Both the position numbers and the translations under genes were made by a program. The notes under the pieces are model-generated. The model was not told the DNA's origin. It worked only from the letters and a program-made list of their open reading frames with translations, and made no database searches. 14,747 bases of DNA from an uncultured Anaerolineaceae bacterium (GTDB taxonomy: Bacteria > Chloroflexota > Anaerolineae > Aggregatilineales > Aggregatilineaceae): assembly GCA_964427955.1 (NCBI GenBank), contig CAYRWY010000106.1, positions 1 to 14,747 of the forward strand. The letters run 5' to 3'. Position 1 is the first letter of the stretch, and every line of letters begins with the position of its first letter. Below are positions 14,001 through 14,747 of this stretch, piece by piece.

Positions 14001-14747
14001 ATGGGTACACTCACAGGCAAAGTAGCCCTGGTCACGGGCGCGAGTCGCGGAGTTGGCCGGGGAGTCGCCTTGAGTCTGGGCGAAGCGGGCGCGACGGTGT
14101 ACGTCACCGGGCGGACGGTGGACGAAACGCAGGCCGTGGTGCCGCTCACCGGAACCGTCCACCAGACCGCCGCCGAGGTCACCCGGCTGGGCGGGCAGGG
14201 GATCGCCGTGCGCTGCGATCACCGCGACGACGGGCAGGTCGAAGCCGTGCTACAGCGCATCCGGGACGAGCAGGGACGGCTGGATATTGTGGTCAACAAC
14301 GCCTGGGCCGGTTACGAGGGCTACCACAGCAACACCTACCCGCCGCCGAATGTCCCGTTTTGGGAGAGGCCGCCGTCGTTTTGGGACGACAATCTGATCG
14401 GCGTGCGCTGGACCTATGTCACCAGCCGGTTTGCCGTCCCGATCATGGTGGCCCAACCGCGCGGCTTGATCGTGAACATCTCCTTTGGCGCGCTGACGCC
14501 GGGCAACGCCGCCTACAACGTCGCCAAGACGGCCACGGACCGGCTGTCCTGGGAGATGGCCCAGGCGCTGCGCGAGCATCAGATTACCGTGCTGTCTCTC
14601 TATCCGGGGTTGGTCCGCACCGAAGGGGTGCTGCTGAACGCGCAGTATTTCGATCTGTCCAACTCCGAGTCGCCGCAGTTCACCGGGCGGGCAGTGGTGG
14701 CGCTGGCTGCCGACCCTCGCGTGCTGGATCGCTCCGGACAGGCATGG
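14001..14747 (+). CDS. Short-chain dehydrogenase/reductase (SDR) family oxidoreductase, 3'-partial (runs off the window end)
   Basis: MGTLTGKVALVTGASRGVGRGVA carries the TGxxxGxG Rossmann motif. There is an NNAW (NNAG-like) motif and the catalytic Y-x3-K in AAYNVAKTA. GGAG lies about 13 nt upstream of the ATG, and a possible -10 GATAAT is at about 13961. Confidence 0.9.
   Translation, partial: MGTLTGKVALVTGASRGVGRGVALSLGEAGATVYVTGRTVDETQAVVPLTGTVHQTAAEVTRLGGQGIAVRCDHRDDGQVEAVLQRIRDEQGRLDIVVNNAWAGYEGYHSNTYPPPNVPFWERPPSFWDDNLIGVRWTYVTSRFAVPIMVAQPRGLIVNISFGALTPGNAAYNVAKTATDRLSWEMAQALREHQITVLSLYPGLVRTEGVLLNAQYFDLSNSESPQFTGRAVVALAADPRVLDRSGQAW

Overview
The window is a 14.7 kb, high-GC bacterial chromosomal segment with strongly AT-rich intergenic regions. 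Its gene content would fit a Chloroflexota-type genome, but that is an inference, not something the sequence shows directly. I support 11 protein-coding genes; no rRNA, tRNA, CRISPR array or recognisable mobile element is visible.

Genes in order:
1. 1..2276 (-): a secreted adhesin-like protein, truncated at the window edge and absent from the ORF track. It has a signal peptide, a standalone proprotein-convertase-type P-domain and at least six tandem 96-aa cadherin-like/VCBS-type repeats. The 621-aa plus-strand ORF over this region is an antisense artefact of the repeats.
2. 2507..5311 (+): a DinG-type fusion of a DnaQ-like 3'-5' exonuclease and a DinG/Rad3-family Fe-S helicase.
3. 5296..6528 (+): an overlapping 12-TM MFS-like membrane protein.
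4. 6608..7699 and 7786..8943 (+): two tandem paralogous cytoplasmic sensor histidine kinases. Their PAS-like domains share a strictly conserved C-x9-C-x5-C-x2-C motif, and no response regulator is present.
5. 9037..9594 (+): efp, with Arg rather than Lys at the conserved loop position.
6. An apparent operon driven by a near-consensus promoter: a 119-aa Cys-rich small protein (9823..10179), a 344-aa protein with no recognisable family (10197..11231) and an SPFH/flotillin protein (11356..13179).
7. 13260..13733 (-): a convergent Flp/TadE-type class-III-signal-peptide pilin-like protein that shares a bidirectional terminator with the flotillin gene.
8. 14001..14747 (+): a 3'-truncated SDR-family oxidoreductase.

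Non-coding signals:
- 288-bp tandem repeats with a 576-bp higher-order near-identity inside the adhesin gene.
- An AT-rich, inverted-repeat-bounded hairpin island downstream of efp.
- An 11-bp x2.6 tandem repeat upstream of the flotillin gene.
- A minus-strand terminator-like hairpin in the divergent pilin/SDR intergenic region.

Several long antisense ORFs in the track are judged spurious. Coordinates I derived by hand may be off by 1-2 bp; I cross-checked them against the ORF-track frames where I could.
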